NCBI GenBank assembly: GCA_011364975.1
Contig: RDOE01000028.1
Span: 1-38,995 of the forward strand
Direction of reading: 5' to 3'
Source: Promethearchaeota archaeon
GTDB taxonomy: Archaea > Asgardarchaeota > Lokiarchaeia > Sigyniarchaeales > SOKP01
DNA length: 38,995 nt
The notes under the pieces are model-generated. The model had not been told where the DNA came from and searched no databases. It worked only from the letters and a program-made list of their open reading frames with translations. Below, one piece after another: positions 1 through 10,007 of this stretch (position 1 is its first letter; every line of letters starts with the position of its first letter). The position numbers were made by a program, and so were the translations under genes.

Positions 1-1245
1 CCCTTCCTCCATCTCAACTCCAGCAAAAGAAAAGTACATTCCTACCCCATTTGGATAAAAATGTGAAACATGAGCTGTAAATAAAACGATCCCTTTAATA
101 GCTTTTACTTTTTCTAATACATTATGATATATATTAGCAGCGTTTTCCCAAGAGGCCGCTATTTCAATTGTATCAATCGTCAGGTGATATTGTGGACTTG
201 AACTAGTTTCCGTTACATTAAATCGGGTCTCAAACCAATGTTTGACCGGCTCATCTCCACAATCTACACCTCTGAATTTTACACATTCTCGTCTAGTGAT
301 ATCTTCTTCCAACTGCACTAGCTTTTTATTGCCTTCACAAACGAAAACAACCATAACTTTTCCATTAGCATTTCCAATATGTGGAAAATGACGTCTAGTT
401 TCGTCTTTATCATAGATCCTAATTACAGCAGGATATAGCTGTTCTCGTAGGATCAGCCTTACTGCTTCTAAAGAGTCTTCAAAAGTAGAAAAAGCGTAAG
501 ATATAAGAGACCTCTCTTCGGGATAAGGCCAGATTCTTAATGTAGCTTCTGTAACAATACCCAATGTTCCTTCATTGCCTAAAAATAATTTATTTAATTG
601 AGGACCTGTAGCATTCCTTACAATTGGTTTAAATTTAATTATTTCTCCTTTTGGTAATATCATTTCCATCCCAAGGATAATATCCTCGATTTTTCCATAC
701 TTCGTTGAGAATTGCCCAGCAGCTTTGTGAGCTATCCATCCCCCAACTGAAGAGAAATACGATGATTGTGGAATATGCCCTGAGGTATAACCCTTAGCAT
801 TTAAGAATCGTTCTAAATTCATCCCATTCATTCCTGCTTCCACAGTTACCGTTAAATCTTTATCACTAATGCAAAGCAATTTGTTAAATTTTTTCATATC
901 TATGATAATACCTCCTCGAACGGGGATAGCTCCTCCAACTACTCCAGACCCTTCTCCATAGGGAATAACTGGTATTTTTTCTAGGTTTGCCAATTTTAGA
1001 ATCTCACAGATCTGTTCTTTAGTTTCAGGCCAAACAACATAATCTGGTAATCCCGCAATCTTCCCTTCTAATGTCCAATTATGCCCGACTATTGTCCCAT
1101 CTTTCGAATAAGCGAGTAGATCAATCGGACTATCTGAAAAGTTAGTTTCTCCGAGTATATTGCGCAATTTTGATTTGACCTTATCTTTATCTTTAATTTT
1201 TACCTTATTTTCCTTATATATCAGTTCAAAATCATTCAAATCCAT
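1..1245 (-). CDS. FAD-binding oxidoreductase, alkyldihydroxyacetonephosphate synthase-like (VAO/FAD_binding_4 family); 3' end runs off the window
   Basis: Not in the ORF track because it is partial. Manual translation from ATG at 1245 gives IPYGEGSGVVGG, GHIPQSSYFSSVGGWIAHKAAGQFSTKYGKIED, TGPQLNKLFLGNEGTLGIVTEA and AHVSHFYPNGVGMYFSF, typical of AGPS-like/GlcD-family enzymes. Confidence 0.8.
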   Translation of the reverse strand, partial: MDLNDFELIYKENKVKIKDKDKVKSKLRNILGETNFSDSPIDLLAYSKDGTIVGHNWTLEGKIAGLPDYVVWPETKEQICEILKLANLEKIPVIPYGEGSGVVGGAIPVRGGIIIDMKKFNKLLCISDKDLTVTVEAGMNGMNLERFLNAKGYTSGHIPQSSYFSSVGGWIAHKAAGQFSTKYGKIEDIILGMEMILPKGEIIKFKPIVRNATGPQLNKLFLGNEGTLGIVTEATLRIWPYPEERSLISYAFSTFEDSLEAVRLILREQLYPAVIRIYDKDETRRHFPHIGNANGKVMVVFVCEGNKKLVQLEEDITRRECVKFRGVDCGDEPVKHWFETRFNVTETSSSPQYHLTIDTIEIAASWENAANIYHNVLEKVKAIKGIVLFTAHVSHFYPNGVGMYFSFAGVEMEEG

Positions 1246-1344
1246 AAATATCAATTTTGAAATTAATTCGATTAAATAGCTTAATGAAAAATATTACTTT
1301 AAAATTACTTCTTTTAAATTAAGTTTTAACTAAAAAGAGAAAAA

Positions 1345-2823
1345 TTATCTTATTGTCTCACCAGTTATTCGGTCCACTTTAAAATGCCTAAATTCAGCTT
1401 TTTTGATAAAAGATTCTTTTTCCTTTAATATAGTTTCTAAAACCTCAGGTGGAAAAAGATATTGAGATAATTTAAAAATCATTTCTTTAGTTTCAATACA
1501 ATTATATAATTTTAAAATTTCAAGAGAATAAATGAGTTCAGAAATGAGATCATAATTCATATCCGCTGTAAATTCTAAAATTTCAAGATTTCTGTAAATT
1601 CTTGATATAACGCTCTCTAATAAATCATAATCTTTTAGTTTTTCTAAAGTATTTCGCATATAATTACAAAATAAAATATAATATGTTGCTTCTGAAGTTA
1701 TGAAACCATCTCTATATTGCTTGATCCCATCGGGAGTAACCCTCGTATCTAATTCTTCGATTATTGCGTTAATATTACGCTCAACGTTGCTTGAATTCAA
1801 AATATTATAAATCTTTAAAATGATAACCAATTGAGATGTTTCTAATCTTTTCAAATAATTAGGTTCGAAGAATTTATTAGGTGTTTCAATTAATTGTTTG
1901 ATTTTAGGTTCTGGAAGCCATAATTTCATAAAATGAGTAGCTTTTAGGAAATAATAAATGCCATCTGTCGCTTCCATTAATGGAGCTTCAAATTCATCTA
2001 TTCCTTCTTCATATAGTTCTAATAGAAAATTTTTTGCTTTATTACGATCAATTCTCACATTTAATTCCTTTGCTATATATAATCCACAATAATAAAGATC
2101 TGGATTTTTTAAGGTGACTAAAGGTATAGTAACTAACCATTCTTCTTCGTTAGATGTAAGATAATCCATTATGGTAGAAAAATCAAAACTATTTACTAAA
2201 TTAAAGAAACCAATTATCCGATAAATTAAGTAGGTTAATTGTAATTTTTCTTTTGGCTTTTCTATAAGTTCAAAATTTTCGATCTTTGATTTATTGTTAT
2301 TTAACTTTTCTGTAATTTTATTTTTAATTAGTAGATATTTTCTTAAATTTTCTTCTTTATCTGGATATTTACTATATAAATTCTTTAAATTTGTTAATTC
2401 CATTATGAATTCTATTGGCAGAATACCTTTTGATCTCCAGCTTAACATTAAATCTGTAATATTGGGATCGATGATATAATTAACAAATTTTTCCATAAAA
2501 ATTTCATTTACAATGTAACTAAACTTTTGGGTGTAAGAGTCATAAATAGAAAGATATGATGGAGGATTCTCCTCCAATGAATATAGAAAAGGATCTGAAA
2601 ATTGATTTTTGATATATTCTTTATCAAATCCTAAATTAATAAACTCATTTGTAATTAGGCGCCCCAGTTTTATTAATTCAACTTGTAATTCTTCTTGATT
2701 ACTAACATTAGTTTTAATATTATTAGTAATTAAATTTCGGAAATAATTTTCAATAGCATTATAAAATAAATCTACATCTTCTAAGTATAAGCTTATTATA
2801 TTGAAAATTCCTTGATAAATCAT
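1345..2823 (-). CDS. Hypothetical protein, probably all-helical (492 aa)
   Basis: Long open ORF with normal composition; no family motif recognised. Confidence 0.6.
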   Translation of the reverse strand: MIYQGIFNIISLYLEDVDLFYNAIENYFRNLITNNIKTNVSNQEELQVELIKLGRLITNEFINLGFDKEYIKNQFSDPFLYSLEENPPSYLSIYDSYTQKFSYIVNEIFMEKFVNYIIDPNITDLMLSWRSKGILPIEFIMELTNLKNLYSKYPDKEENLRKYLLIKNKITEKLNNNKSKIENFELIEKPKEKLQLTYLIYRIIGFFNLVNSFDFSTIMDYLTSNEEEWLVTIPLVTLKNPDLYYCGLYIAKELNVRIDRNKAKNFLLELYEEGIDEFEAPLMEATDGIYYFLKATHFMKLWLPEPKIKQLIETPNKFFEPNYLKRLETSQLVIILKIYNILNSSNVERNINAIIEELDTRVTPDGIKQYRDGFITSEATYYILFCNYMRNTLEKLKDYDLLESVISRIYRNLEILEFTADMNYDLISELIYSLEILKLYNCIETKEMIFKLSQYLFPPEVLETILKEKESFIKKAEFRHFKVDRITGETIR

Positions 2824-3122
2824 TATACTACATTTTAAGTCGTAATTTACTGATTTAAATATAAAAAATTACTCTACTCTATGAAATATATATAAGTAAA
2901 AAAATTAATATTTTATGATTTCACACAATAATTCTACGATTTTTATTAATAACTTGCTTTTAATAAAAATAAAGTTAACAACATTTAATTAAATAATTCT
3001 AATATCCCATAATTGGAAAAAGGAACGGAAATAGATTTAATAAAAATAAATAATTAGAGTTCTTATATTTATTAATTAAGTATTAATTTTCTATTCATAC
3101 CTATTTAGATTTGGAGATAATT

Positions 3123-4550
3123 ATGACAAGTAATATTTTTGGAACGTCTGGGATAAGACGGGTTTTTCAGAATTATTCAGATAAATCTGAAGGATTTACA
3201 CCTCAAATGGCAGTAGAGGTAGGTTTAGCATTAGGTAGTTATTTGCGAGGAGGGACAGTGGTAATTGGAAAGGATATTAGAACTTCTGCTCTTCCCATAG
3301 AACACGGTTTAATATCTGGTTTGGTAAGTTGTGGTACTAACGTAAAGTCTTTAGGAATAGTAACTACCCCTACATTAGCTATGTCGCTTCCTTTCTTGAA
3401 AGCTGATGCAGGATGTATGATAACCGCGAGTCATAATACTCCTGAATATATTGGTTTAAAATTGTGGAACACTTCAGGTGTGGGTTTTTCTCCAGAACAA
3501 GAAGAAGAGATTGAGAGAATTTATAACGAAAAAGATTTTGTTAAAACAGAATGGGATGGCGTTGGCAAGTTATCGATTATAAATGACATTAATGATGTCC
3601 ATATCTCCGAAATTATAGAAAAAATAAATCTTGATGGAAGTAAATTACATATAATTATAGATCCAGGTAATGGAACCGGTTGTGATATCGTTCCAAAATT
3701 ATTAAGCGCTTATCGTATTGATCACTTCACATCTATTAATGCAAATATGTCTGGGAATTTTCCAGGGCGTCTATCAGAACCAAGTAAAGAAAATCTAATG
3801 CAAATTTCTAAATTTTTAAGAATATCAACTCAAGAAGAAATTGGTATTGCCTTGGATGGCGATGCGGATAGAGTAATTTTTCTTGATGAAGATGGAGAGA
3901 TTGTTGATCCTATTCGGTTAATGACCTTATTAGCGAAATTTCATATCAAAGAATATAAAGGACAATATCCAAAGGACAATATGAAGATTGCCACTCCAAT
4001 CAATTCCTCAAGTTTAATAGAAAATGTTTTAGAACCTTTGGGGTGTCAAGTAATACGGACTGAAGTCGGAGATATCAAAGTTGCTATTGCTTTAAAAGAA
4101 CAAGGGGGATTTTTGGGAGGAGAAACTTCTGGAACATATATTTGGCCTGAATTTCACTATGGTCCTGATTCAATAGTAACTATAGCTAAAGTATTAAATG
4201 TGATATTAACCACCAACAAAAGTTTGAAAGAATTACTTAAAGATATACCGAATTACCCTTATTTTGCGGATAAATTTAAGTTAAAGAAAGATATCCCTTT
4301 TACTTCTGAAACTAATGAATTAATAATTAAAGAAATGAATGACTTATTTGATTCTATCGGTAAAAAGTTAAAAAATGTTAATATGATGGATGGATGCCGT
4401 TTTGATTATGAAGATGGCTGGCTTCTAATTCGAAGGTCTGGAACGAGTCCATTCTTACGAATATCAGGGGAATCTAATAAAACTATGGACGATTCTATTG
4501 AAATGAATAGACTAACAAAGGAAAGAATGCAAACCTTAAATTTAATTTAG
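3123..4550 (+). CDS. glmM: Phosphohexomutase (phosphoglucosamine mutase / PMM-PGM family)
   Basis: FGTSGIR, phosphoserine loop ITASHN, metal loop DGDADR, GETSG, RRSGT. ATG at 3123 follows GGAGAT. Substrate inferred from proximity to glmS. Confidence 0.8.
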   Translation: MTSNIFGTSGIRRVFQNYSDKSEGFTPQMAVEVGLALGSYLRGGTVVIGKDIRTSALPIEHGLISGLVSCGTNVKSLGIVTTPTLAMSLPFLKADAGCMITASHNTPEYIGLKLWNTSGVGFSPEQEEEIERIYNEKDFVKTEWDGVGKLSIINDINDVHISEIIEKINLDGSKLHIIIDPGNGTGCDIVPKLLSAYRIDHFTSINANMSGNFPGRLSEPSKENLMQISKFLRISTQEEIGIALDGDADRVIFLDEDGEIVDPIRLMTLLAKFHIKEYKGQYPKDNMKIATPINSSSLIENVLEPLGCQVIRTEVGDIKVAIALKEQGGFLGGETSGTYIWPEFHYGPDSIVTIAKVLNVILTTNKSLKELLKDIPNYPYFADKFKLKKDIPFTSETNELIIKEMNDLFDSIGKKLKNVNMMDGCRFDYEDGWLLIRRSGTSPFLRISGESNKTMDDSIEMNRLTKERMQTLNLI

Positions 4551-4563
4551 AAATTCTCTCTTT

Positions 4564-5667
4564 TCATATATTACTAACTTTTTTTAGAAATTTGGGTTCA
4601 TCCGGATTTAAACCATTTACGCGAGCAATCTCTAAAGTTAATAATTGAATTGCAAGGATCATCACTAAAGGTTGAAGGTCAAGTGAGGTATCTGGAACCT
4701 GTAACCCGATATCAAAGGGAAGATCATGTATATTTTCATCTAAGGATTCATATATCGCAAGGATAGTTGCTTTTCTCTCCTTTATTCGCTCAAGTAAATT
4801 CAATAGTTTATTTTTTCTACTGTCTCTTTCTTGAGGAATTATTGCTATTATACAAGTATCCGAATCTGCAAGGGTTATAGGCCCATGAGGAAATTCCGCT
4901 GTTGAATAAGCTTGCCCAAAAATACGTGCACCTTCCTTTAGTTTTAGAGAACCCTCCATTGCTGTAGCATAATCCGGTCCACTGCCAAGTATGAAACAAA
5001 ATTTAACAAATTTGAAATGATATGAAGAATTTATTACTTTTTTATGTAGGATGGGTAAAGTGGAGTGAATTTTATCTGGTATTCTTCTTAATTCACCCCA
5101 TAATGAATCATATTCTTCACTTGTAATTGATTTATTTAAATGAGAGATTTCTAATGATAACATTGATAGTAGAGTTAATTGTGCAACATAAGTTTTCGTT
5201 GCTAGTACGGAGATCTCTTCTCCACACCCTAAACCTATAACGCAATCTGTAATTTTTGAGAGATTTGAATTCGTATTATTTGTAATAGCAATAGTTAAAC
5301 ATCCCAGATCTTTTGCAATCTTGATCGAATCAATTGTGTCGCTCGTCTCTCCACTTTGAGAAATCCCAATAACACAATCATCCTTTTTTAAAATAGGTTT
5401 GATCAAATATTGAAATTCCATTGAAAACTCTGTGTACGTAGGGATTTTCGTAATCCTATTAAACAAATAGTTCATCGCAAAACCAGCATGATATGAACTA
5501 CCAGCACCGATTAAATAAATGTGCCTAATTCCTGATTCTTTAATTATCTGTGCAATTCTTTGTATTTCATTTTTCTGTTCAATAACTTTCTTCAATATTA
5601 AGGGAATTTCATAAATTTCTTTTTCAGTATATTTTCCTAATATAGCTTTATCTTTTGATTTATTCAT
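4564..5667 (-). CDS. Double SIS-domain sugar isomerase/deaminase (GlmS isomerase-like, no glutaminase domain)
   Basis: GAGSSYHA, ISQSGETSD, LATKTY, EGSLKLKE, EFPHGP; C-terminal NPDEPKFLKKV. Confidence 0.85.
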   Translation of the reverse strand: MNKSKDKAILGKYTEKEIYEIPLILKKVIEQKNEIQRIAQIIKESGIRHIYLIGAGSSYHAGFAMNYLFNRITKIPTYTEFSMEFQYLIKPILKKDDCVIGISQSGETSDTIDSIKIAKDLGCLTIAITNNTNSNLSKITDCVIGLGCGEEISVLATKTYVAQLTLLSMLSLEISHLNKSITSEEYDSLWGELRRIPDKIHSTLPILHKKVINSSYHFKFVKFCFILGSGPDYATAMEGSLKLKEGARIFGQAYSTAEFPHGPITLADSDTCIIAIIPQERDSRKNKLLNLLERIKERKATILAIYESLDENIHDLPFDIGLQVPDTSLDLQPLVMILAIQLLTLEIARVNGLNPDEPKFLKKVSNI

Positions 5668-5883
5668 ATTATATCATAGAAAATTTGGAGTCTCAGTTTA
5701 TAAAAATCCTAAGAAGCTTAGTTATTTCTTATTGCGTTCAACAAATTAAAATATTTAACCAATTAACGTAATAATCTTAAAATAAATATCATTCTTTTTT
5801 AATTTAATTGCATTAAAATTACGAGAATATTTGCAGAATAATTTGAGTCTTTCGTAAAATAATAAAAAAAGTGATAAATAGCT

Positions 5884-7740
5884 ATGTGTGGAATATTTGG
5901 ATTAATAACAAATCAAGATATAGAGATTGGAAAAATAATTCTTGAAGGGATTAAACGCTTAGAATATAGAGGGTATGATTCATGTGGAATTGTAGCTCAG
6001 CATAATTCTAAATTGTATGTAAAGAAAGATGCAGGTAAAATTAATGAAATTCATAAAAGACTCAAATTAGATGAATTTCCTTTTGGTACTAAATTAGGTT
6101 TAGCACATACACGGTGGGCTACTCACGGACCTCCGACTAAGATCAATAGTCATCCCCATCTTGATTGTAATGAGAAGATAGCTGTGTTACATAACGGTAT
6201 TCTCGAAAATTTTTTTGAGTTAAAAGAAGAGTTGGAAAGAAAGGGGCATATATTCAGATCTGAAACAGATACAGAAATTTTTCCTCATTTAATTGAAGAG
6301 TATATGAAAACCGGAATAGATTTTAAATTTGCTGTTAGTGAGGCAATGAAGCGTTGTAAAGGTGCTTATGGTTTAGCAATCTGTCATGCTGAATATCCTG
6401 ATCAAATAATTGTTGTTAGAAAAGAATCTCCTCTTGTTATTGGATTGGAAGAAGGGAAAACCACTTATTGTGCTTCAGATATCCCCGCATTTTTGCCTTA
6501 TACTCGTGAATGCTATATATTGGATGACAATGAAATGGCAGTTTTAGCAGCAGGATATGTTGATTTTTATGATATTGATAATTTAACAAATCCAAAAGAA
6601 AAAGAGAAGCAAATTATTCAATGGAGTATTGACGCTGCGGAAAAAGGCGGTTATAAACATTTTATGTTAAAAGAAATTTATGAAGAACCGTCTGCAATGC
6701 GGAGGACATTAAAGATTTCAAAAGAGACTTTACAAATATTTGCTCGAATTCTTTGGGGGGCAAAAAATATTTATATCACTGCAGCAGGCACTTCATATTA
6801 TGCCTGTTTAGCTGGTAAATTTATAATTACTAAATTTTTGCATAAATACATTGAAGCCATTGAATGTTCTGAATTTCAAACTCAATTAGGTGATGCTCTC
6901 CAAGAAGATTCTGTAATAATTGCTGTATCCCAGTCAGGAGAAACTGTAGATACGATTGAGGCAATAAGATGGGCTAAAGAAAAGTTAAAGAATAATGTTA
7001 AAATTTTATGTATAACAAATGTTGTAGGGTCTTCATTAACACGTTATTCTGATTACGTTATTGTAACTCAAGCAGGTCCTGAAATTGGAGTTGCAGCGAC
7101 AAAAACGTATTGTACTCAAGTCCTAACCCTAGCATTAATCGGTTTAGAGATCGCTAAATTTAGAAAAATATTAACTAAGGAAGAGATTGATAATTATTAT
7201 CACGCGTTAAATTCAACTCCAGATATTATTGAAACCTTTTTACAGGAAAATATTGATTTAATAAAGGATATCGTTAAAAATCTTGACAAAAGTCATAATT
7301 TTTTCTACTTAGCTCGAGGTATTTCCATTGCTACGGCAAGAGAAGGGGGTCTGAAGTTAAAAGAGGTAGCATGTCGATTTATTGAGGGTTATTCCGCAGC
7401 CCACGCAAAACATGGACCTATATCTTTAGTTAGAGAAGGTTTTCCAATAATCTTTATTGCTCCACCTGATGAGACTTATGAAAGATTATTGGGGAATGTA
7501 ATGGAATTTAAGGCAAGAGGCGGTATGATCATCTCGGTTGTTGTTGAAGATGATAGGTTAATAACGGGATTTAGCCACCGAACAATACGAATCCCTCAAC
7601 CGAGTGATAAATACTTCAGTTTATTTAGCCCGATAACCTTTATTCCTGCTTTACAATTACTATCCTATTATGCTGCCCTTAAGAACGGACTTGATCCCGA
7701 TCAACCATTAAATTTGGCAAAAACGGTTACTGTACATTAA
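5884..7740 (+). CDS. glmS: Glutamine--fructose-6-phosphate transaminase (isomerizing)
   Basis: N-terminal MCGI, LEYRGYDS, HTRWATHG, HNG, SQSGET, LKLKE, KHGP, C-terminal NLAKTVTV. Confidence 0.97.
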   Translation: MCGIFGLITNQDIEIGKIILEGIKRLEYRGYDSCGIVAQHNSKLYVKKDAGKINEIHKRLKLDEFPFGTKLGLAHTRWATHGPPTKINSHPHLDCNEKIAVLHNGILENFFELKEELERKGHIFRSETDTEIFPHLIEEYMKTGIDFKFAVSEAMKRCKGAYGLAICHAEYPDQIIVVRKESPLVIGLEEGKTTYCASDIPAFLPYTRECYILDDNEMAVLAAGYVDFYDIDNLTNPKEKEKQIIQWSIDAAEKGGYKHFMLKEIYEEPSAMRRTLKISKETLQIFARILWGAKNIYITAAGTSYYACLAGKFIITKFLHKYIEAIECSEFQTQLGDALQEDSVIIAVSQSGETVDTIEAIRWAKEKLKNNVKILCITNVVGSSLTRYSDYVIVTQAGPEIGVAATKTYCTQVLTLALIGLEIAKFRKILTKEEIDNYYHALNSTPDIIETFLQENIDLIKDIVKNLDKSHNFFYLARGISIATAREGGLKLKEVACRFIEGYSAAHAKHGPISLVREGFPIIFIAPPDETYERLLGNVMEFKARGGMIISVVVEDDRLITGFSHRTIRIPQPSDKYFSLFSPITFIPALQLLSYYAALKNGLDPDQPLNLAKTVTVH

Positions 7741-7744
7741 GTTT

Positions 7745-9238
7745 TCATTGTTGTCTTTTAACCTCAAATATATGAGCTTTCCAGGCATCTAATTCTATAT
7801 ATAATCCAAAATTTTTCAAATCTTCACCCTTATAGATATATTCTTTATCATTCAATAGATCGTTGAATTTCCAGTTAAAAGAACCATAATCAATATTATT
7901 AATCTTAATATGTGCTTTTGATTTCACCAAACTATAATTTACTACAGTAATAAGATGTATACTATCTAAGATCCATTGGTATGCTATTATATTCTGATAA
8001 GTTGTATCATGGGATATTATGGGAGTTACGGTACATAAAACCCATTTAGCATTATTATATTTTTTTCCTGGAATGATTTGTAATAGCTTATTATAAAATT
8101 CGATTAATTCTATATCTTCCTCTTCAGGAGGAATTCGTTTTAATTGGACAGGTAATTTAACTTGATGGCCATGAGTTTGCCCTTCAAAAATTAATCTTGC
8201 CCCCGGAAGAGTAAGTATTATAATAGCTGCTGCTTTTGAAGCTTCTTTTCCAAATATACTAACTGCTCTCTCCTCATCATGATTTTCTATAAATCTTACT
8301 AATTTCGACTGGTATTGCCAATCAGCGCTAAGAAGATCAACGACTGCCTGAGCATTTTCATTAGCAAGGCGATCATAGAGTTTTTTATCATAACAATAAT
8401 CAAATCCTTGTTTTATAAGAGTTGATTCAAGATCCCAATAAACTTCAGCAATAAATTTAAAATTTGGGTATTTTTCTCTAACCTTTTGAATGATTTCTTC
8501 CCAATATTCTTTTTCCAATGGACTTCCAGCTTTTTCACCCCAGGTTGTTGAAAATACATCATTAATCATTAACATTGCCATATCGCATCTTACTCCATCA
8601 CACTGCTGAGCTATTGAGAGTAAAGTATTAATTGCTTTTGAACGGGCTTCCTTAGCAAAAGCATTAATTTGTATGGTATCGGTCCATGGAGGAAAATTAG
8701 GATCTCTACCATAAGCATATATCGTTTTACCTAAAGAGAAATAATCATATGGCTTTTTCATAAGATCGTCCAAGGTTCCTTTAATAAAAACATCAGACTT
8801 TTCGAGTGTCCATAAATGATCAACTGAAACATGATTAGGAACAAAATCTAAGATTAAGAAAATTCCTCGCGCTTCTAGCTCCTTTCGAAAAGAAGATAAT
8901 GCTTCCGGACCACCTATTTGTTTACTCACATGATAATAATATACTGAATATGGAGATCCTACAATATCATCAGTATTATAGTAACGTAAAGCTTTCTGAT
9001 ATTCTTTTTGTAATGCTTCATTCTCAATAGCGATAGCTCTACTTTTTGGACTTCTTTCCCACACTCCCATTAACCAAACCGCATCAAATACACTAAATTC
9101 CTGATCAATCAATTCAACTGGAATATTAGCTAAGGTTATTTTATGCCCGTATATTTCTGTAAGGGTATTTAACCAAGGCAATGTGTTAATTTCATATATT
9201 TTGGGATGGTTAGGCCATTCTATTCTACTTTTTGACAT
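7745..9238 (-). CDS. Alpha-amylase family (GH13) glycoside hydrolase
   Basis: Conserved regions LDFVPNH, DGVRCDMA, FIAEVYW and FIENHDE contain the D/E/D catalytic triad. Confidence 0.9.
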   Translation of the reverse strand: MSKSRIEWPNHPKIYEINTLPWLNTLTEIYGHKITLANIPVELIDQEFSVFDAVWLMGVWERSPKSRAIAIENEALQKEYQKALRYYNTDDIVGSPYSVYYYHVSKQIGGPEALSSFRKELEARGIFLILDFVPNHVSVDHLWTLEKSDVFIKGTLDDLMKKPYDYFSLGKTIYAYGRDPNFPPWTDTIQINAFAKEARSKAINTLLSIAQQCDGVRCDMAMLMINDVFSTTWGEKAGSPLEKEYWEEIIQKVREKYPNFKFIAEVYWDLESTLIKQGFDYCYDKKLYDRLANENAQAVVDLLSADWQYQSKLVRFIENHDEERAVSIFGKEASKAAAIIILTLPGARLIFEGQTHGHQVKLPVQLKRIPPEEEDIELIEFYNKLLQIIPGKKYNNAKWVLCTVTPIISHDTTYQNIIAYQWILDSIHLITVVNYSLVKSKAHIKINNIDYGSFNWKFNDLLNDKEYIYKGEDLKNFGLYIELDAWKAHIFEVKRQQ

Positions 9239-9414
9239 TATTTATAACTAAACTTAAACAGTATTTCCTAATAATAATTATAAAATATCTCTCCTCATTT
9301 AAAAAATAAATTTAAATTTATCTAGTATACCGCTTAGTTTAGAAAAATCAATAGATATAAATTATTAATTAATCATATGAAATATAAAGAAAAGTAAAGT
9401 AGCTAGATTTTAAA

Positions 9415-9987
9415 ATGAGTGAAGAAAAAGAAGAACTTCGAAAACTAATAATGGTTATTTCAGATCTTAGAGCTAAAGATGAAGAGAGGTATGAAGCTCA
9501 CGTATCTTTTATGAATGAAACAATTAAAATGATTACCGCGATTGAATCTCAAATGAATAAACATTGGTCAACAGTTTTGGATTCATTAAAAGAACTAAAT
9601 GAGAATATTAATAATAACCTTGATTCTTTACTTACGGGTATCAATCCTAAGGGACTTCGAGAAACTTCAAAATCATTACAAGAAATAATGGATACTATGA
9701 ATAAAAGTGTCCAATCTATGAATCTGGAAAAGGTTCTTAGTGAATTGAAGGTATTAAAATCATCTACGAGCCCAACTATGAATGCTCCCACTAATATTCC
9801 TGGGACTTTACCAGTTGGCCAACAACCAGAACCAATATCAGCGGGAATGAGTTTTAAATCCCCTTCACCTGTAGTATCTACCACTAAACAAGAATCGGAA
9901 GTATATGGATATGTCCCTCAGAAAAAGAAAAAGGACGAAGACGAAGATGAACCTCATCTTATGAAACCTTCAGATCTTTTCAAGTAA
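9415..9987 (+). CDS. Hypothetical protein: N-terminal coiled coil, P/S/T-rich tail
   Basis: 190-aa ORF filling the gap between neighbours; heptad-like N half, low-complexity C half. Confidence 0.7.
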   Translation: MSEEKEELRKLIMVISDLRAKDEERYEAHVSFMNETIKMITAIESQMNKHWSTVLDSLKELNENINNNLDSLLTGINPKGLRETSKSLQEIMDTMNKSVQSMNLEKVLSELKVLKSSTSPTMNAPTNIPGTLPVGQQPEPISAGMSFKSPSPVVSTTKQESEVYGYVPQKKKKDEDEDEPHLMKPSDLFK

Positions 9988-10007
9988 TCTTTAGTCTTTA
10001 AAATTAA

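Noticed and set aside
3158-3200. Hairpin TTCAGA-TAAA-TCTGAA near the start of the phosphohexomutase gene as an intron
   Set aside because: Continuous stem without paired 3-nt bulges, and the ORF is uninterrupted.
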